Virus record (IMG/VR): IMGVR_UViG_3300023242_000003
Coordinates: 35,592-99,591 of that record
From: a virus
DNA length: 64,000 bases
Strand: one strand, 5' to 3'
Position numbers and translations under genes: made by a program
Part shown: piece after piece, positions 10,644 through 21,570 of the stretch
Position numbering within the stretch: position 1 is the first letter of the stretch
How the letters are laid out: every line of letters starts with the position of its first letter
Notes under the pieces: generated by a model
The model's database searches: none
Seen by the model: the letters and a program-made list of their open reading frames with translations, nothing else
Told to the model about the DNA's origin: nothing

Positions 10644-10717
10644 AACTTTTTTATTATAATGAGTAACTATAAATAATAAAGTAAAAACTACATTAACTAT
10701 TGGTTTTTTAAGTTATT

Positions 10718-11266
10718 TTAAAGTTCTATTCTATTAAATTTATTATCAAAAAACGGTATGTCACCAATACTTGCTTTAAATTCATTAAAAATATCGGGTT
10801 CATGCGTTTTAAGGTATTCAATCATATTACTACCTATTTTTGAGTTATCGGTAGAATCTCTAATACCTAAAATATACTTGCTTAACCCGTTAAGTGGTCC
10901 AATTAAGAATTCTTCGGATTCAACATAATTATTTCTTGTTACCGATGATTTACTTGGGGCTTTTCCACCATAATAATCGTAAGGGATTAATTTATTACCA
11001 TAATCTCGTTTAATTAAATCACCATCTAAAATTAATTGAGCATCACCAAATACAACATCTTTATTCCTAGTAAAAGACACCCCAGTATATTTTCTATCCT
11101 CTTTATTAAATTTTGTTTTTATTGTTTGAGTAGTTCTAGCTTCAATCTTATTAATTGATAACATATTCATAACTGCATCGATGTGGGATGAATGGTATAT
11201 TAAATTTCTACCCCTAAATGGTGAATTAAAATTCTCTCTTAATAATTTTTTAATTAATGTTTTCAT
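10718..11266 (-). CDS. hypothetical, possible ADP-ribosyltransferase-like fold
   Basis: YH, VSFTR and ESEE in the order of ART motifs; N-terminal KKLLRE leader. Confidence 0.35.
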   Translation of the reverse strand: MKTLIKKLLRENFNSPFRGRNLIYHSSHIDAVMNMLSINKIEARTTQTIKTKFNKEDRKYTGVSFTRNKDVVFGDAQLILDGDLIKRDYGNKLIPYDYYGGKAPSKSSVTRNNYVESEEFLIGPLNGLSKYILGIRDSTDNSKIGSNMIEYLKTHEPDIFNEFKASIGDIPFFDNKFNRIEL

Positions 11267-11312
11267 ATAAATATAAATATATGATATTCAGTAATAGTTA
11301 AATATATAAAAT

Positions 11313-11343
11313 AAAAAAGGCTACCGTTATGGTAGCCTTTTTT
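11313..11343 (-). terminator. intrinsic terminator after major capsid gene
   Basis: AAAAAA-GGCTACC-gttat-GGTAGCC-TTTTTT. Confidence 0.85.
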
Positions 11344-11363
11344 ATTTTATAGCGTTAATTAGA

Positions 11364-13190
11364 TTATCTTAATTCTCTTACGTCAAATGTAGGTACACCG
11401 TCTACTCTTACGTGACCGTAAAAACGGTTGTTCACAACTTTCTTAGCGTAACGTGTCATGATACCTTTAACTGGCGCAAAGTTGAACGGGTTGTACATCG
11501 TTGGCGTTAATTGTAATGGTACGTATGGAGCGTAGATATAACCAGTATCAAGTAAAGATTTACCTTTGTGACCAATGATTACTGAGTAAGATGGCGCATA
11601 AGGGTCTCTGTATACTTGGAAACGTCCAGATAATGAACCGATTCTTTCGATACCCATGTTATATTGGTCTTGCTCTGGGTTAGCATCACTTACGTGGAAG
11701 TATTCTAAATCATCAAAGATAGCAGAGATTTCAGAAGAAACTACGATAAAGTTAGCACCACCTCTAAGAGTAGATTTGTGGATTTGAGCAGAAACTTGGG
11801 TTAATCTAGTGATTAAAGTTTGGTTCCAGTCTTTTTGTGTGTATGGGCTAGCAGCTGAAGAAGCACTTCTCCATCCGTTATAGTCCCAACGTAATTGCCA
11901 TGCAGCAGCTTTACGGATATCTCTAAGGATTTCACGGTCAATCTCAGCAGCAACTTGTTCTGATAACATAGCTGTTAATTCAGCTTCAGCATCAATGTTG
12001 TGGAATGCACTAACGTCTTGAGCAAGCTCTGGAGACCAAGTAGCACGTAATTTTCTTTCTTCAACAACAACAACAACTTCGTCTAATCTGAAAGATACTT
12101 CTCCCATTTCAGTTTCAAGTTCTAATGTTGCATATCTTGCCCATGCAGATGTAAAAGTAAATGCAGATACAGTAGAAGCAGAAGCACCAACGTAACCATC
12201 ATAAGTTGTAGTTCCAGCAGCAGCAGCAGTTCCAGCAGCAGTTGTTCCTACAGGGTGACGTAAGTCTAATTCTAAGAAACATACACCAGTTCCATCAGTT
12301 AATGCGTTAGAACCAGATACGATACCTTTACCATATTGTTGGGTAACAAGACGGAAAGGAATTTCTTTACCAGCAGCAATAATTGTGTTTGCGTCTCTAT
12401 CTAAGATAGCGTTAGTAGACAATACGTGTAATGAAGCTAAGAAAGATTCAGTATCCATTTGGTTACCATCAGCACCTGTCATTACTTCTCTACCGTTAGT
12501 TGTTAAACCAGCTGAGAAACCAGAAATACCAACAATGATACCTCTTAATGAACCATCAGTTGCAGTTGGTAAAGTAGCACTAGGAGCAGCAATAGCGAAA
12601 GCACCGTCAACACCCATAGTGTAAACTTGATTAGCACCAGCAACAATTGTTAAAGTACCTTTTGAGTTATCAAATAAACCATCGTTATAGAATGCATCGT
12701 ATAAGTTTTTTCCGATGAATTGAGTAACTGCACAGTTAGTTTGGTCGATACAAGATGGAACACCACCGTTCATTGCTGTATGAGCAGAGAAAGTAGTACC
12801 ATAAGCACCACCAGTAGCATAATTATCACCAGCTACACCAGCAGCATCTACACGAGATGAAGTTTGTGGTACGAAGTAAAATAATTTACCGATTGGCATG
12901 TTCATAGCTTGTACAGACACGATGTCGTTAGCTAATAATTTAGAGAATACTCTACGTACAATTGGGAATACAACTGTTTCGAAAGAACCAGAAGATTGTG
13001 TAGTAGTACCTTCACTTAATAATGTAGATGCTTGGTTTTCATATAACTGAGCAATGTTTTCTTTAACGTGTCCTTTTAGACCGTCTAGGAATCCTAATGA
13101 ATCCCATTTAGATTGTGTTTCTTTACGGATAGCCTTCATGTGGTTTAATCCGATGTTACCAACCTGTCCAGATGCTAATAAATGTGACAT
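11364..13190 (-). CDS. gp23: major capsid protein, T4 gp23-like
   Basis: FPIVRRVF, VSVQAM..PIG, RKLRATWSPELAQD, AEIDREI, YAPYVPL, KGIMTRYA. Confidence 0.95.
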   Translation of the reverse strand: MSHLLASGQVGNIGLNHMKAIRKETQSKWDSLGFLDGLKGHVKENIAQLYENQASTLLSEGTTTQSSGSFETVVFPIVRRVFSKLLANDIVSVQAMNMPIGKLFYFVPQTSSRVDAAGVAGDNYATGGAYGTTFSAHTAMNGGVPSCIDQTNCAVTQFIGKNLYDAFYNDGLFDNSKGTLTIVAGANQVYTMGVDGAFAIAAPSATLPTATDGSLRGIIVGISGFSAGLTTNGREVMTGADGNQMDTESFLASLHVLSTNAILDRDANTIIAAGKEIPFRLVTQQYGKGIVSGSNALTDGTGVCFLELDLRHPVGTTAAGTAAAAGTTTYDGYVGASASTVSAFTFTSAWARYATLELETEMGEVSFRLDEVVVVVEERKLRATWSPELAQDVSAFHNIDAEAELTAMLSEQVAAEIDREILRDIRKAAAWQLRWDYNGWRSASSAASPYTQKDWNQTLITRLTQVSAQIHKSTLRGGANFIVVSSEISAIFDDLEYFHVSDANPEQDQYNMGIERIGSLSGRFQVYRDPYAPSYSVIIGHKGKSLLDTGYIYAPYVPLQLTPTMYNPFNFAPVKGIMTRYAKKVVNNRFYGHVRVDGVPTFDVRELR

Positions 13191-13226
13191 AATTTGTTTT
13201 TGTTTTATTTTTTATTGTTAGGGTTA

Positions 13227-14393
13227 TTATCTTTTTTCAACTCTGTTAATCAAATCCATGATTCTCTTCGTTGAAGGGTCAACATAAGCAGTGCTTTCAT
13301 TTAATTGTTTTGAAGTACTAGTAGTTGCCTCTTTAATAATTTTACGCTCAATCGATTCGTTGATTGGTTTTCTTGTATCCAATTCGTTAGCGATTGTTTT
13401 GTAAAGTTTTTTTGATTCTTTAAGGTTAGAAACCTCTTCATCAAATCTTTTTATAATATTTTGTTTTTCACCTTTTGTAGTTGAATGTTCCATTAACAAT
13501 TTAGTTACATATGTAAGGTTAGAATTAAACACCACAGTTTCTACTAACTTAGTTCTAAATTCTTTAAGAGCAGCTCTGAATTCTTCGTTCTCCCCTTTAA
13601 GTTTTCTAGCTTCAATCAATAAACTATTATATTTTTTTGTTGTTTCAAAAACTAATTGTTTCGCTTTTGTAGATTCGTTTACCGATTTAGGGTTTTCTGG
13701 AGCTCCGATAGAACCAGGTCCTCTTTTGTTACGGTGAGTACCTTGACTCATTCCCGTACCAACGCCAATTTTTTCTTCGATTGCCTCAATCTCTTCTTCT
13801 TCTTCTTCTTCTTCATCAGCTGGTACTAAGTCATCTGGCGTTTCTGATTCATCATTATCATCATCCATCTCAATTTCGTATTCAACATCGTCAGTTCCTT
13901 CTAAATCTTCACCACCCATTTCAGCTGGTTCTAATTCTAATTCTTCTTCCTCTGCTCCTACACCATCAAGTTTAACTACGTATTCACCTGGTTCAGCGAT
14001 ATTCATGTGGATTTCATCACCCACGATTTCGATTTCGTCTTCGCCACTTAATTTTTTATAAATTGCGATTACTTCATCATCCGATGCTTCGGTCATATCC
14101 ATTTCTTCTCCACCTAACACGTCTGTGTCCATTCCTAATTCAGAGCCCATTTCTGGTCCCTCTTTTGGGGTTTCAATGTCGCCTAAGCTATCGTCTTCTT
14201 CACCACCCATTTCAGCTGGTTCCAATTCCAATTCTTCTTCTTCATAAACCTCGTATAGAGATTCTTTCACCACACCATTAATTTCTTCTTTAGCAACGCT
14301 ACGAAGTATTTCTTTAGTGTTGGCATTAAGAGCGTTTTGAATATTTTTGATATCCAATAATGCTTCTTCAATTATAGATTTTTTATCTGCCAT
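13227..14393 (-). CDS. prohead core scaffold protein, gp22-like (start adjusted to MADKKS)
   Basis: Very acidic coiled coil between protease and MCP; many [IL/V]xE-S sites; duplicated EEEELELEPAEMGGE. Confidence 0.75.
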   Translation of the reverse strand: MADKKSIIEEALLDIKNIQNALNANTKEILRSVAKEEINGVVKESLYEVYEEEELELEPAEMGGEEDDSLGDIETPKEGPEMGSELGMDTDVLGGEEMDMTEASDDEVIAIYKKLSGEDEIEIVGDEIHMNIAEPGEYVVKLDGVGAEEEELELEPAEMGGEDLEGTDDVEYEIEMDDDNDESETPDDLVPADEEEEEEEEIEAIEEKIGVGTGMSQGTHRNKRGPGSIGAPENPKSVNESTKAKQLVFETTKKYNSLLIEARKLKGENEEFRAALKEFRTKLVETVVFNSNLTYVTKLLMEHSTTKGEKQNIIKRFDEEVSNLKESKKLYKTIANELDTRKPINESIERKIIKEATTSTSKQLNESTAYVDPSTKRIMDLINRVEKR

Positions 14394-14515
14394 TTTTTTT
14401 TTTATCTTTTTTAGTTTTATTTTATAGATAAAGAATGAGATAGAACTCATTTGTTAATAAATATACGTTATTTCATTAAAAATCATTTTTTCAATAAAAA
14501 TGATTAAAAAAAATC

Positions 14516-16393
14516 TTATTCAGATAAAAATTTATCTAAATCGTTTAATAGGTTTTCTTTTATTAATGGTTTCTTGGTTTCTTTGTTCTCAACATAAGGT
14601 TTCATTTCTTCTCTACTTCTACCAATCCATGCGTCTGGGGTAGAAGGGGCTGTAACTACATCCCAACAAATAATTTCAAAATCTTCTTGAACTATTTGTT
14701 CACCATTTTCCCCTTCAACTAACGAACCAACACCTCTAGAGGAAACACCAATCTTAATTCTATTTCTTAATAAGTTAGCCACTTCATCTCCTTTTGTTGA
14801 CACTATACCGTAGTTAATAAAACCAGGTGTCATCAAAATTTCCATTTTACCCATAAGTGTGTGACCTTCCCACCATGTCTCAACAATATTATGTGAAATT
14901 CTATCACCAGCAATAATAGATGAATTTCCATTCCAACAAGTTTTACCATTATCTCTAACATAGAACACGTGATTAGGTACATCAACACAATAAACATTAT
15001 CGTTATACTCAACTAATTCCGTTTTTAACGTTCTTTTATCTAAATAAATACCTTTTGTTTTTGAAATATGTAATCTATTCATTGGGTTTGAATGACCTTT
15101 TTTAATTACTCTATTTTCAAACATTCTATCATAATTTCGTTCCTCAATTCTTAAATTAGATGAGTACCCAATTTTTAATATAATTTCTTGTAAATCATTT
15201 ATTAATTTTTTAGAAGTACTAAAAACTTCTCGATATTTACCATCTCTAACTCGTCCATCCCCCAAAACAAACCAATCTAAAAAATCAGATAATAAGTTAT
15301 CACTCAATCCTTTTAATTCAGTTGGTATAAATTTATCTTGTGATTTACCAAATTGTTTTAAATAATTATGTAATCTAGCATCATTTATTTTAAAATCTAC
15401 TTTACCATCTGAATAGATTATTTCTTTAAAACTTAACGGTAATAATTGTAATAATTCCCTTATCAGTATTTTACCATTTTCTTTTTTCTGTGTTATTTTA
15501 CAAACATAACCACTATCAGATGATTCAAAACCATATTCTGTTTCACCATTTTCAGTTATTCTAGATATTCTTTTTTTTGTTTTGTTAACCACAACACAAC
15601 CATCGGCTAAATAAACACCCATAAATTTGACCCATAAATCCATTGGTATCTCAATATCACTCATCAATTCTAATTTTTTACTGTATGAGGTATTAAAAGC
15701 TATTTCATTTTCATCTAGACCTTTAATAGTAAAAAATTTTTTATCGTCACCAACCCACTTACCAAGTTTAGGTATATACATTTTATCAATACCTTTAATC
15801 TTGTGTTCGTGTATGTCTGTGGCGGTAATAAAACTCCCATTACCGTTTCTATCTATAACCCAAAATTTATGGTTAGGTGTGACCATTAAGTCAATTGACC
15901 TACCTTTTATTGAAATCATATTACCGTTGTAGTGCTTAACTATTTTTTTTGTTATAGTTTTTAGCTCTATTTGGTTTGAAATTGGGTTTAAAGTATATAC
16001 TTCTTCAGTTGAAGAAATATCTTTAATATATTTCCACCCATCTTTAGTTAAAATTTCAGCACTTTGTCGGTGACATTCTGGGTGGTCTAATTCACCAACT
16101 GCTCTTCTTTCTCTAATTGCTTCTTGATATAGTCTGTCTTGGCTTTTAAGTATCGCTTCTCGATAGATTCTACCGTTACGATTAAGAATACCAAATTTTT
16201 GTAAAACCACATAAACGATAAGTGGTTCCATTATAGCTAGTTTGCCACCTGTATCTAATTTTTTTATCTCATTGATAAAAAGTTGGTTTCTCGGTTCTTC
16301 TGGGGAGATATATCCAGCATCGTGCTCGATTAGCCCACCCCAACCGCTCTCACCACGTTTAAGTATTCTAAAGTCTTTATAATTTATGTCCAT
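14516..16393 (-). CDS. gp21: prohead protease, T4 gp21-like, with intein
   Basis: NRNGRIY, GELDHP, IGVSSRGVGS, WDVVTAPSTPDA. Confidence 0.92.
   Translation of the reverse strand: MDINYKDFRILKRGESGWGGLIEHDAGYISPEEPRNQLFINEIKKLDTGGKLAIMEPLIVYVVLQKFGILNRNGRIYREAILKSQDRLYQEAIRERRAVGELDHPECHRQSAEILTKDGWKYIKDISSTEEVYTLNPISNQIELKTITKKIVKHYNGNMISIKGRSIDLMVTPNHKFWVIDRNGNGSFITATDIHEHKIKGIDKMYIPKLGKWVGDDKKFFTIKGLDENEIAFNTSYSKKLELMSDIEIPMDLWVKFMGVYLADGCVVVNKTKKRISRITENGETEYGFESSDSGYVCKITQKKENGKILIRELLQLLPLSFKEIIYSDGKVDFKINDARLHNYLKQFGKSQDKFIPTELKGLSDNLLSDFLDWFVLGDGRVRDGKYREVFSTSKKLINDLQEIILKIGYSSNLRIEERNYDRMFENRVIKKGHSNPMNRLHISKTKGIYLDKRTLKTELVEYNDNVYCVDVPNHVFYVRDNGKTCWNGNSSIIAGDRISHNIVETWWEGHTLMGKMEILMTPGFINYGIVSTKGDEVANLLRNRIKIGVSSRGVGSLVEGENGEQIVQEDFEIICWDVVTAPSTPDAWIGRSREEMKPYVENKETKKPLIKENLLNDLDKFLSE
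14924..16075 (-). mobile_element. intein (384 aa) with LAGLIDADG endonuclease in prohead protease
   Basis: HPE|CHRQS...VTPNH...GVYLADG...FVLGDG...WNGN|S. Confidence 0.9.
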
Positions 16394-16430
16394 ATTTATG
16401 TGTTATGTATATAAATATGTCAGTAAAATA

Positions 16431-16461
16431 AAAAAACCCTTAGTAGAGCTACTAAGGGTTT
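16431..16461 (-). terminator. intrinsic terminator
   Basis: AAAAAA-CCCTTAGTAG-ag-CTACTAAGGG. Confidence 0.7.
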
Positions 16462-16465
16462 AAGT

Positions 16466-16909
16466 TTATATTTTTTTTCTGTGAAAATTAAACGTTTTGT
16501 TGTCATCGAAAACGTGTTTAATTATAATTGGTGTAATCTCATCTAGGTTTTTTTTCATTTGTTTTGAATTAGCTGGAACCTTTTCTTGTAGATATAGAGT
16601 TATTTCACAACTCATAAAACTACGTTTACCATATCTAATACCAGACTCCCTAATATCTAAATCGACAATTGTATTTTGTTTTACAAAATTATTGTTTGGG
16701 TGGTTCTGGAAATAATTATAAATAACTTGTTTTGTTTTTTTATGTATATCTCTTATTACTCTAGAGTAATTTTTTTCTTCATCACTAAGTGGCTCTACCC
16801 ATGCCGAAATGTTGATGTAAATCGCTTTTGGTGTTTTATTGTTTACACTTCCAAAAACTACGTTGTAGTTTTTAAAGTCGTTCATTTTAATTTCTTTTCC
16901 CGTTTTCAT
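16466..16909 (-). CDS. hypothetical protein
   Basis: 147-aa ORF. Confidence 0.7.
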   Translation of the reverse strand: MKTGKEIKMNDFKNYNVVFGSVNNKTPKAIYINISAWVEPLSDEEKNYSRVIRDIHKKTKQVIYNYFQNHPNNNFVKQNTIVDLDIRESGIRYGKRSFMSCEITLYLQEKVPANSKQMKKNLDEITPIIIKHVFDDNKTFNFHRKKI

Positions 16910-16968
16910 GTGTTGTTTTTTTTATTTACAAATATAAACATTTTTTACCAGGAAGTCAAACTTTAAAA

Positions 16969-17307
16969 TTAACGTAATTTACCCCAAATTACTATAACAA
17001 TACCAATAGCTATTTGAACAAAAGAAATAATTGCTATAGCCGATGTAATTAACCCTTTTTGTTTATAGATTTCATCTTTACCTTCTTTCATCTGTGAAGG
17101 TGACCAAACGTCATTTACTTTTTCAATCCATCTTGAAGTAGTCTCAAGATTTTTTTCAAGGTTTTTAACGTTACTAAGCTTTAGATTCATCTCATTAAGT
17201 TTTGTATCAAAATCAGAACGCATTTTTTCGTGGTTGTCATTTAAACGTTCTAATTCTTTTAGAACTAGTTTACTATAATCACCCCAATTATTTTTTTCTT
17301 CTATCAT
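16969..17307 (-). CDS. coiled-coil protein with C-terminal transmembrane helix
   Basis: AIAIISFVQIAIGIVIVIWG hydrophobic tail. Confidence 0.65.
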   Translation of the reverse strand: MIEEKNNWGDYSKLVLKELERLNDNHEKMRSDFDTKLNEMNLKLSNVKNLEKNLETTSRWIEKVNDVWSPSQMKEGKDEIYKQKGLITSAIAIISFVQIAIGIVIVIWGKLR

Positions 17308-17321
17308 TATTTTAGTTTATT

Positions 17322-17552
17322 TTAATTTATTTTAATATTGTCTAAAATGTTAGTGATGTTTATGCACATATTTTCATAACATTTCATCTTAGCTTTGATT
17401 GTTTTTAAACTGATAATTTCTTTTTTACTACTATCTAAAACGTTTTTTAAATTTAAGAACATTCCTTTATATCCATCATTGTTTTGTTTGCTGCAAATTT
17501 CATGAGTTAATTTTCTCAATTTTAATATGTTTTCACTTGGAACTGTTGTCAT
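17322..17552 (-). CDS. hypothetical protein
   Basis: 76-aa ORF in minus-strand operon. Confidence 0.6.
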   Translation of the reverse strand: MTTVPSENILKLRKLTHEICSKQNNDGYKGMFLNLKNVLDSSKKEIISLKTIKAKMKCYENMCINITNILDNIKIN

Positions 17553-17579
17553 TTATTTATATTTTAAAACTATATTATT

Positions 17580-18344
17580 TTATTTTAAACTAACTCTCAA
17601 CTCAAGTAACTTAGAAATATTTTTAATAAAATCCTCATTTACTTCTTGTTTATCGTTTAATAATTTGTCTTTTACACGTAATAATTTGTCTTTAGCTTCT
17701 AAACTTGATTCAACTAATTTTTCGTTGATTAAATCGATACATTCTCTAAGAGTTGTTAAATAAAGTTCTTTCTTTTTTTTATCATCTGATTCAAATAAAA
17801 CTTTAATAAATTGTTTTTCTGTCTCATCCAAGTCAACATATTTTTCGTTATACTTATCAACCATTATTGTAGTTAACATACTATTAGGTAAATCAATACT
17901 TTCCTTAATTTCTTTTTCTTTATTGTTTTTCATAAAATCAATAATGTTAGCTGTTGCTTCAACAATCTCATTAATGTTTTTAGAATTTTTTTCGGTGAAT
18001 ATAAGTGTTGTGATATTTTCGTGTAGTATCTGGTTAGGGTAACTAACTTCTTCAACATCTAATATCGGTTTAGCCAATAAAAAATTTGCTTCTAATAATT
18101 CTCTTTTTGAAAACTTATTTAAAAGAGCTATGTTTTCTTGTAAAAACAAATTAGCTTTAAATTCATTTGTTTCTACTTTGTTTTCTATATTGTTGTAAAC
18201 CATGAACTGAGTTTTTAAAGACTCATTTTCTTTGATTGTTTTAATGTATTTTTTGAATGTTTGTTTATTTTTTGTATCTATAGATAACAATCCTTCTACT
18301 AAAATTCCATTAAATGCGTTTGTGATTTTACCAAAATTTTGCAT
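17580..18344 (-). CDS. hypothetical head-module protein
   Basis: 254 aa directly downstream of portal, preceded by late motif. Confidence 0.65.
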   Translation of the reverse strand: MQNFGKITNAFNGILVEGLLSIDTKNKQTFKKYIKTIKENESLKTQFMVYNNIENKVETNEFKANLFLQENIALLNKFSKRELLEANFLLAKPILDVEEVSYPNQILHENITTLIFTEKNSKNINEIVEATANIIDFMKNNKEKEIKESIDLPNSMLTTIMVDKYNEKYVDLDETEKQFIKVLFESDDKKKKELYLTTLRECIDLINEKLVESSLEAKDKLLRVKDKLLNDKQEVNEDFIKNISKLLELRVSLK

Positions 18345-18390
18345 AAGTTTAGTTTTTAATAATAAATATTATAGTTTTAAGTAAAAAGTC

Positions 18391-21300
18391 TTATTCGTCC
18401 AACATTTTATCAATATCATTAATCATACTATTAACTGTTTGATTAACCTTTACTGTTTTGTCGTATATTTTAACTTTTTCAGTTGATTTATTTTTTTCGC
18501 TAGGTTTAACTGATTCAACTAAAGCATCAACCCATTTGTTTTGATATTTTTTAGTTCTTTCATTAAGTTTTTTAGATAAAATAATTTTTTCTTCTTTTAA
18601 TAATTTATCAACCCTTTTTAAAGATTCAGCAACGGTTTGTGGTTCGGTATCCGTAGTTTCTTCAGCTCCAGCTAAAGCTTCTGCTCCAGCTTCTAATTCA
18701 GCTCCAGCTTCTTCTTCTTCGCCACCAGCTTCTTCAGCTTCACCAAAATCTAAATCTTCACCACCAGCTCCACCACCACCGAATGAACCACCTAGACCAC
18801 CACTGCCACCACCTACGGCATCAGCGTCAGCTTCACCAGCACCACCACCACCAGCCATTGCCGCTTTAAAATCACCATAGATTCTATCAACTGTGTCAAA
18901 CATTCCCGTGTGTTTGATAACATTGGCCGTATTTTGTAGTTCAGCAGACGCTGCTTTTTCCATACGTTGTTCAAGTAAATCTGATTTTATTTCATCATCA
19001 GACCAACCCATAATATCTCTGTGTGCACGAGTCCATGACATAGTACCAAAACCATTACCAATATCAGATACAGCATCTTTAAGTAATGTAACTTTTTGTT
19101 GCATGTGTTCGATTTTAAGCATTTCGGCTTGAGTAGAAGGATTATTCAATGTAAGGGTAAAGTTGTCTAAATCTTCTTCAAACCCTAGAATATATAAGTG
19201 AATAATGGCAATCTTGTTAAGTTCTTGTAACATTGATTGTTGTATACGGTTAATTGTTCTAGAAAAACGAATATCTTGTATTGCTAAGTTTTTACCATCA
19301 CCAGTTGCTTCCTCAAACCCTAAAAAAGGTTTTGGAACACGTAATGCAGTAAATAAATTTCTTTGCAAGTACTCAATATCTGCAATTTGGTCCAAATTAG
19401 ATGCCCCAGGCAAAGTATCAATAGGGTTAGGTGCGTCTTCAGTTCTTACTGGAATAAAGAAATCTTGGTCGTTAGCTAATTGATTATAACGTAAATCTAT
19501 TTGCCCTGTTTGTGGGTCAGTAATAGGCATACGTTTAAATCTATCAGCAATTGTATTTACATACGCCTCAACATCAGCATCGTCAATATTACCAACATAA
19601 ATCTTATATACACGTCTTTCTGGCGCTCTTGTCACACGATAAACGAGCATTGAGTCTTCTGAAAGGATAAGTTGTTTCCATATACGTCTAGCCTTCTCTA
19701 ACACAGAATTATGTACAACGATACCATTTGCATAGAAATTATGATTATCATTTTCAACATATATATCGTATGTTTCGTGTTCACCACTTTCCTCAATTGA
19801 TTTAATCGGTTCTAAAATAAAATCGTTAGTTAACCTATTACCAATTAAATCATATTTATTTTTTTGTCTTACACTACTATCATAAAAATAAAAATAAAAA
19901 CTTTCTTGTTGTGTTTTAAATCTCCTATCACCAATACCAGAACCCTTACGAAGTCTACTACATATTTTACCAGATTTCAAACCCAAAGATTGAACTAAAA
20001 TTTTAATATCGTTAATAAGTTCTTCATTTGACAGTTCGATAGAATATCTTAGACAATCTGATTTATCTATAAATAACGAACCATCAGCGTCAATAATACC
20101 ATTCAAGAAAGCTTGTCTTACCTCCATAGAAGAAGTATAAACCCATTTAGGTATTCTTTTACTATAAACATCACCTATGAAACCCATATCTCTAAGAATT
20201 ATTGATAAAGTTTTAGAATTACAGATACCTTGTGCCATACCATTATCACCACCAGAAAATTTAATATCTCTACCAGTAATTTGATTCATATATTTAATAT
20301 ATTTTTTGTTTATTGATTTATGTTCTGATAAGGCTATAAAAACTGAATCATTGTGAACCCAACCATCACCTATTAAATAACCGAAAAATTCTGCAAATTT
20401 AGTGTCAACAAAATCGGGTATCAACCCAACATTATTCCAAAACCCATTTTTGTTTGATTCTGGTTTATTTTTAATTATTGGAACGTTAACATTATTTAGA
20501 TTAATTTTATCAACAACCAATAAATCACCTACTTTAAAATCTAGCGTATTTTTATAATCGAATTTATTTAATTCGGTATTATAATACATTATCTTATGTT
20601 CTTTAGATGCGTCTATAAAATTATGTTTGGTACTAAGTTTATAAGTTTTTTTATTACCAGAATTAACAGTATCCAATACTTTTGACAATACTTTAACTTG
20701 ATTTATCTCATCAAATGAATAAACCATATCACCAATAACAATATCTTTTATCTCCTTATACCCCTCACTTGTCTCAACTCTAGAATTATATTTTAAACAC
20801 GTACCATAAGGTAAACGTCTATCATCACCTAATAAACGGAAATGTGCAATTTGCCAAGAATTAAATTCAACATCATTACTTCTCCAGTAAAACTTAACTT
20901 TATCATTAGTTTCTTGACCATCAGTCATTTCTCTACCAGATATCATGTCAAATAACCCAGCTTCTCTACGTTCCATTTCATAATTAGGCATTTGTTTAGC
21001 ACCTAATATACCATGTGAATCGTTTATATTCAAGAATACGAAGTTATCACCGTATTTACACGTATTTCTAGTCCACATTGGAAGCGAAGTGTGTAAATCT
21101 AAACGATTAAAAAATAAGTCTTCAAGTATTCCTTTAACTCGTTTACTGTCAGAATAAATGTTAAGAACTCTACCGTGTTCATTAACCGTAGTTGATTCTT
21201 CCATCATCACATCTAAGGCAGCCGCAATTGTTGGGTAAAACTCCATAGCTTCAAAATCAGAATATGAACCAATACGTGTTGTTTCATAATTTATTGATTG

Positions 21301-21522
21301 TTGAAACAAACCACTTTCTACTTTTTTCCAAAGACCACCTAGGTATTTGTTTTGCTGGGCTTGTAATTTAGCTTTTTCAAATTCAGCTTTGTTATTCGTT
21401 TTAAGTAACTCTCCGTTACCCAAGTTATATCGTTGAGTTGGTTGTTTTTGTGTTAGCGTGTTAGAATCTGGACTAAGTACTTGACCTAATCTTTGAAATA
21501 ACGTTAAATTTTTATTTGCCAT
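18391..21522 (-). CDS. gp20: portal vertex protein, T4 gp20-like, with intein
   Basis: IAAALD, LPYG-S-LE-ARRIWKQL-L-EDSMLVYRVTRAPERRVY, DFFIP, IDTLPG. Confidence 0.93.
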   Translation of the reverse strand: MANKNLTLFQRLGQVLSPDSNTLTQKQPTQRYNLGNGELLKTNNKAEFEKAKLQAQQNKYLGGLWKKVESGLFQQSINYETTRIGSYSDFEAMEFYPTIAAALDVMMEESTTVNEHGRVLNIYSDSKRVKGILEDLFFNRLDLHTSLPMWTRNTCKYGDNFVFLNINDSHGILGAKQMPNYEMERREAGLFDMISGREMTDGQETNDKVKFYWRSNDVEFNSWQIAHFRLLGDDRRLPYGTCLKYNSRVETSEGYKEIKDIVIGDMVYSFDEINQVKVLSKVLDTVNSGNKKTYKLSTKHNFIDASKEHKIMYYNTELNKFDYKNTLDFKVGDLLVVDKINLNNVNVPIIKNKPESNKNGFWNNVGLIPDFVDTKFAEFFGYLIGDGWVHNDSVFIALSEHKSINKKYIKYMNQITGRDIKFSGGDNGMAQGICNSKTLSIILRDMGFIGDVYSKRIPKWVYTSSMEVRQAFLNGIIDADGSLFIDKSDCLRYSIELSNEELINDIKILVQSLGLKSGKICSRLRKGSGIGDRRFKTQQESFYFYFYDSSVRQKNKYDLIGNRLTNDFILEPIKSIEESGEHETYDIYVENDNHNFYANGIVVHNSVLEKARRIWKQLILSEDSMLVYRVTRAPERRVYKIYVGNIDDADVEAYVNTIADRFKRMPITDPQTGQIDLRYNQLANDQDFFIPVRTEDAPNPIDTLPGASNLDQIADIEYLQRNLFTALRVPKPFLGFEEATGDGKNLAIQDIRFSRTINRIQQSMLQELNKIAIIHLYILGFEEDLDNFTLTLNNPSTQAEMLKIEHMQQKVTLLKDAVSDIGNGFGTMSWTRAHRDIMGWSDDEIKSDLLEQRMEKAASAELQNTANVIKHTGMFDTVDRIYGDFKAAMAGGGGAGEADADAVGGGSGGLGGSFGGGGAGGEDLDFGEAEEAGGEEEEAGAELEAGAEALAGAEETTDTEPQTVAESLKRVDKLLKEEKIILSKKLNERTKKYQNKWVDALVESVKPSEKNKSTEKVKIYDKTVKVNQTVNSMINDIDKMLDE
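19708..20799 (-). mobile_element. intein (364 aa) with LAGLIDADG endonuclease in portal
   Basis: PYGT|CLKYN...GYLIGDG...NGIIDADG...GIVVHN|S. Confidence 0.92.
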
Positions 21523-21570
21523 AAGTTTTTTATAAAGTATAATTAATTTTTTTAAAAATTAAATAGTTTG

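Noticed and set aside
13900-14245. Direct repeat TCTTCACCACCCATTTCAGCTGGTTC in the scaffold gene as a mobile or DGR repeat
   Set aside because: It is an in-frame duplication encoding EEEELELEPAEMGGE; no adenine-specific divergence and no reverse transcriptase.
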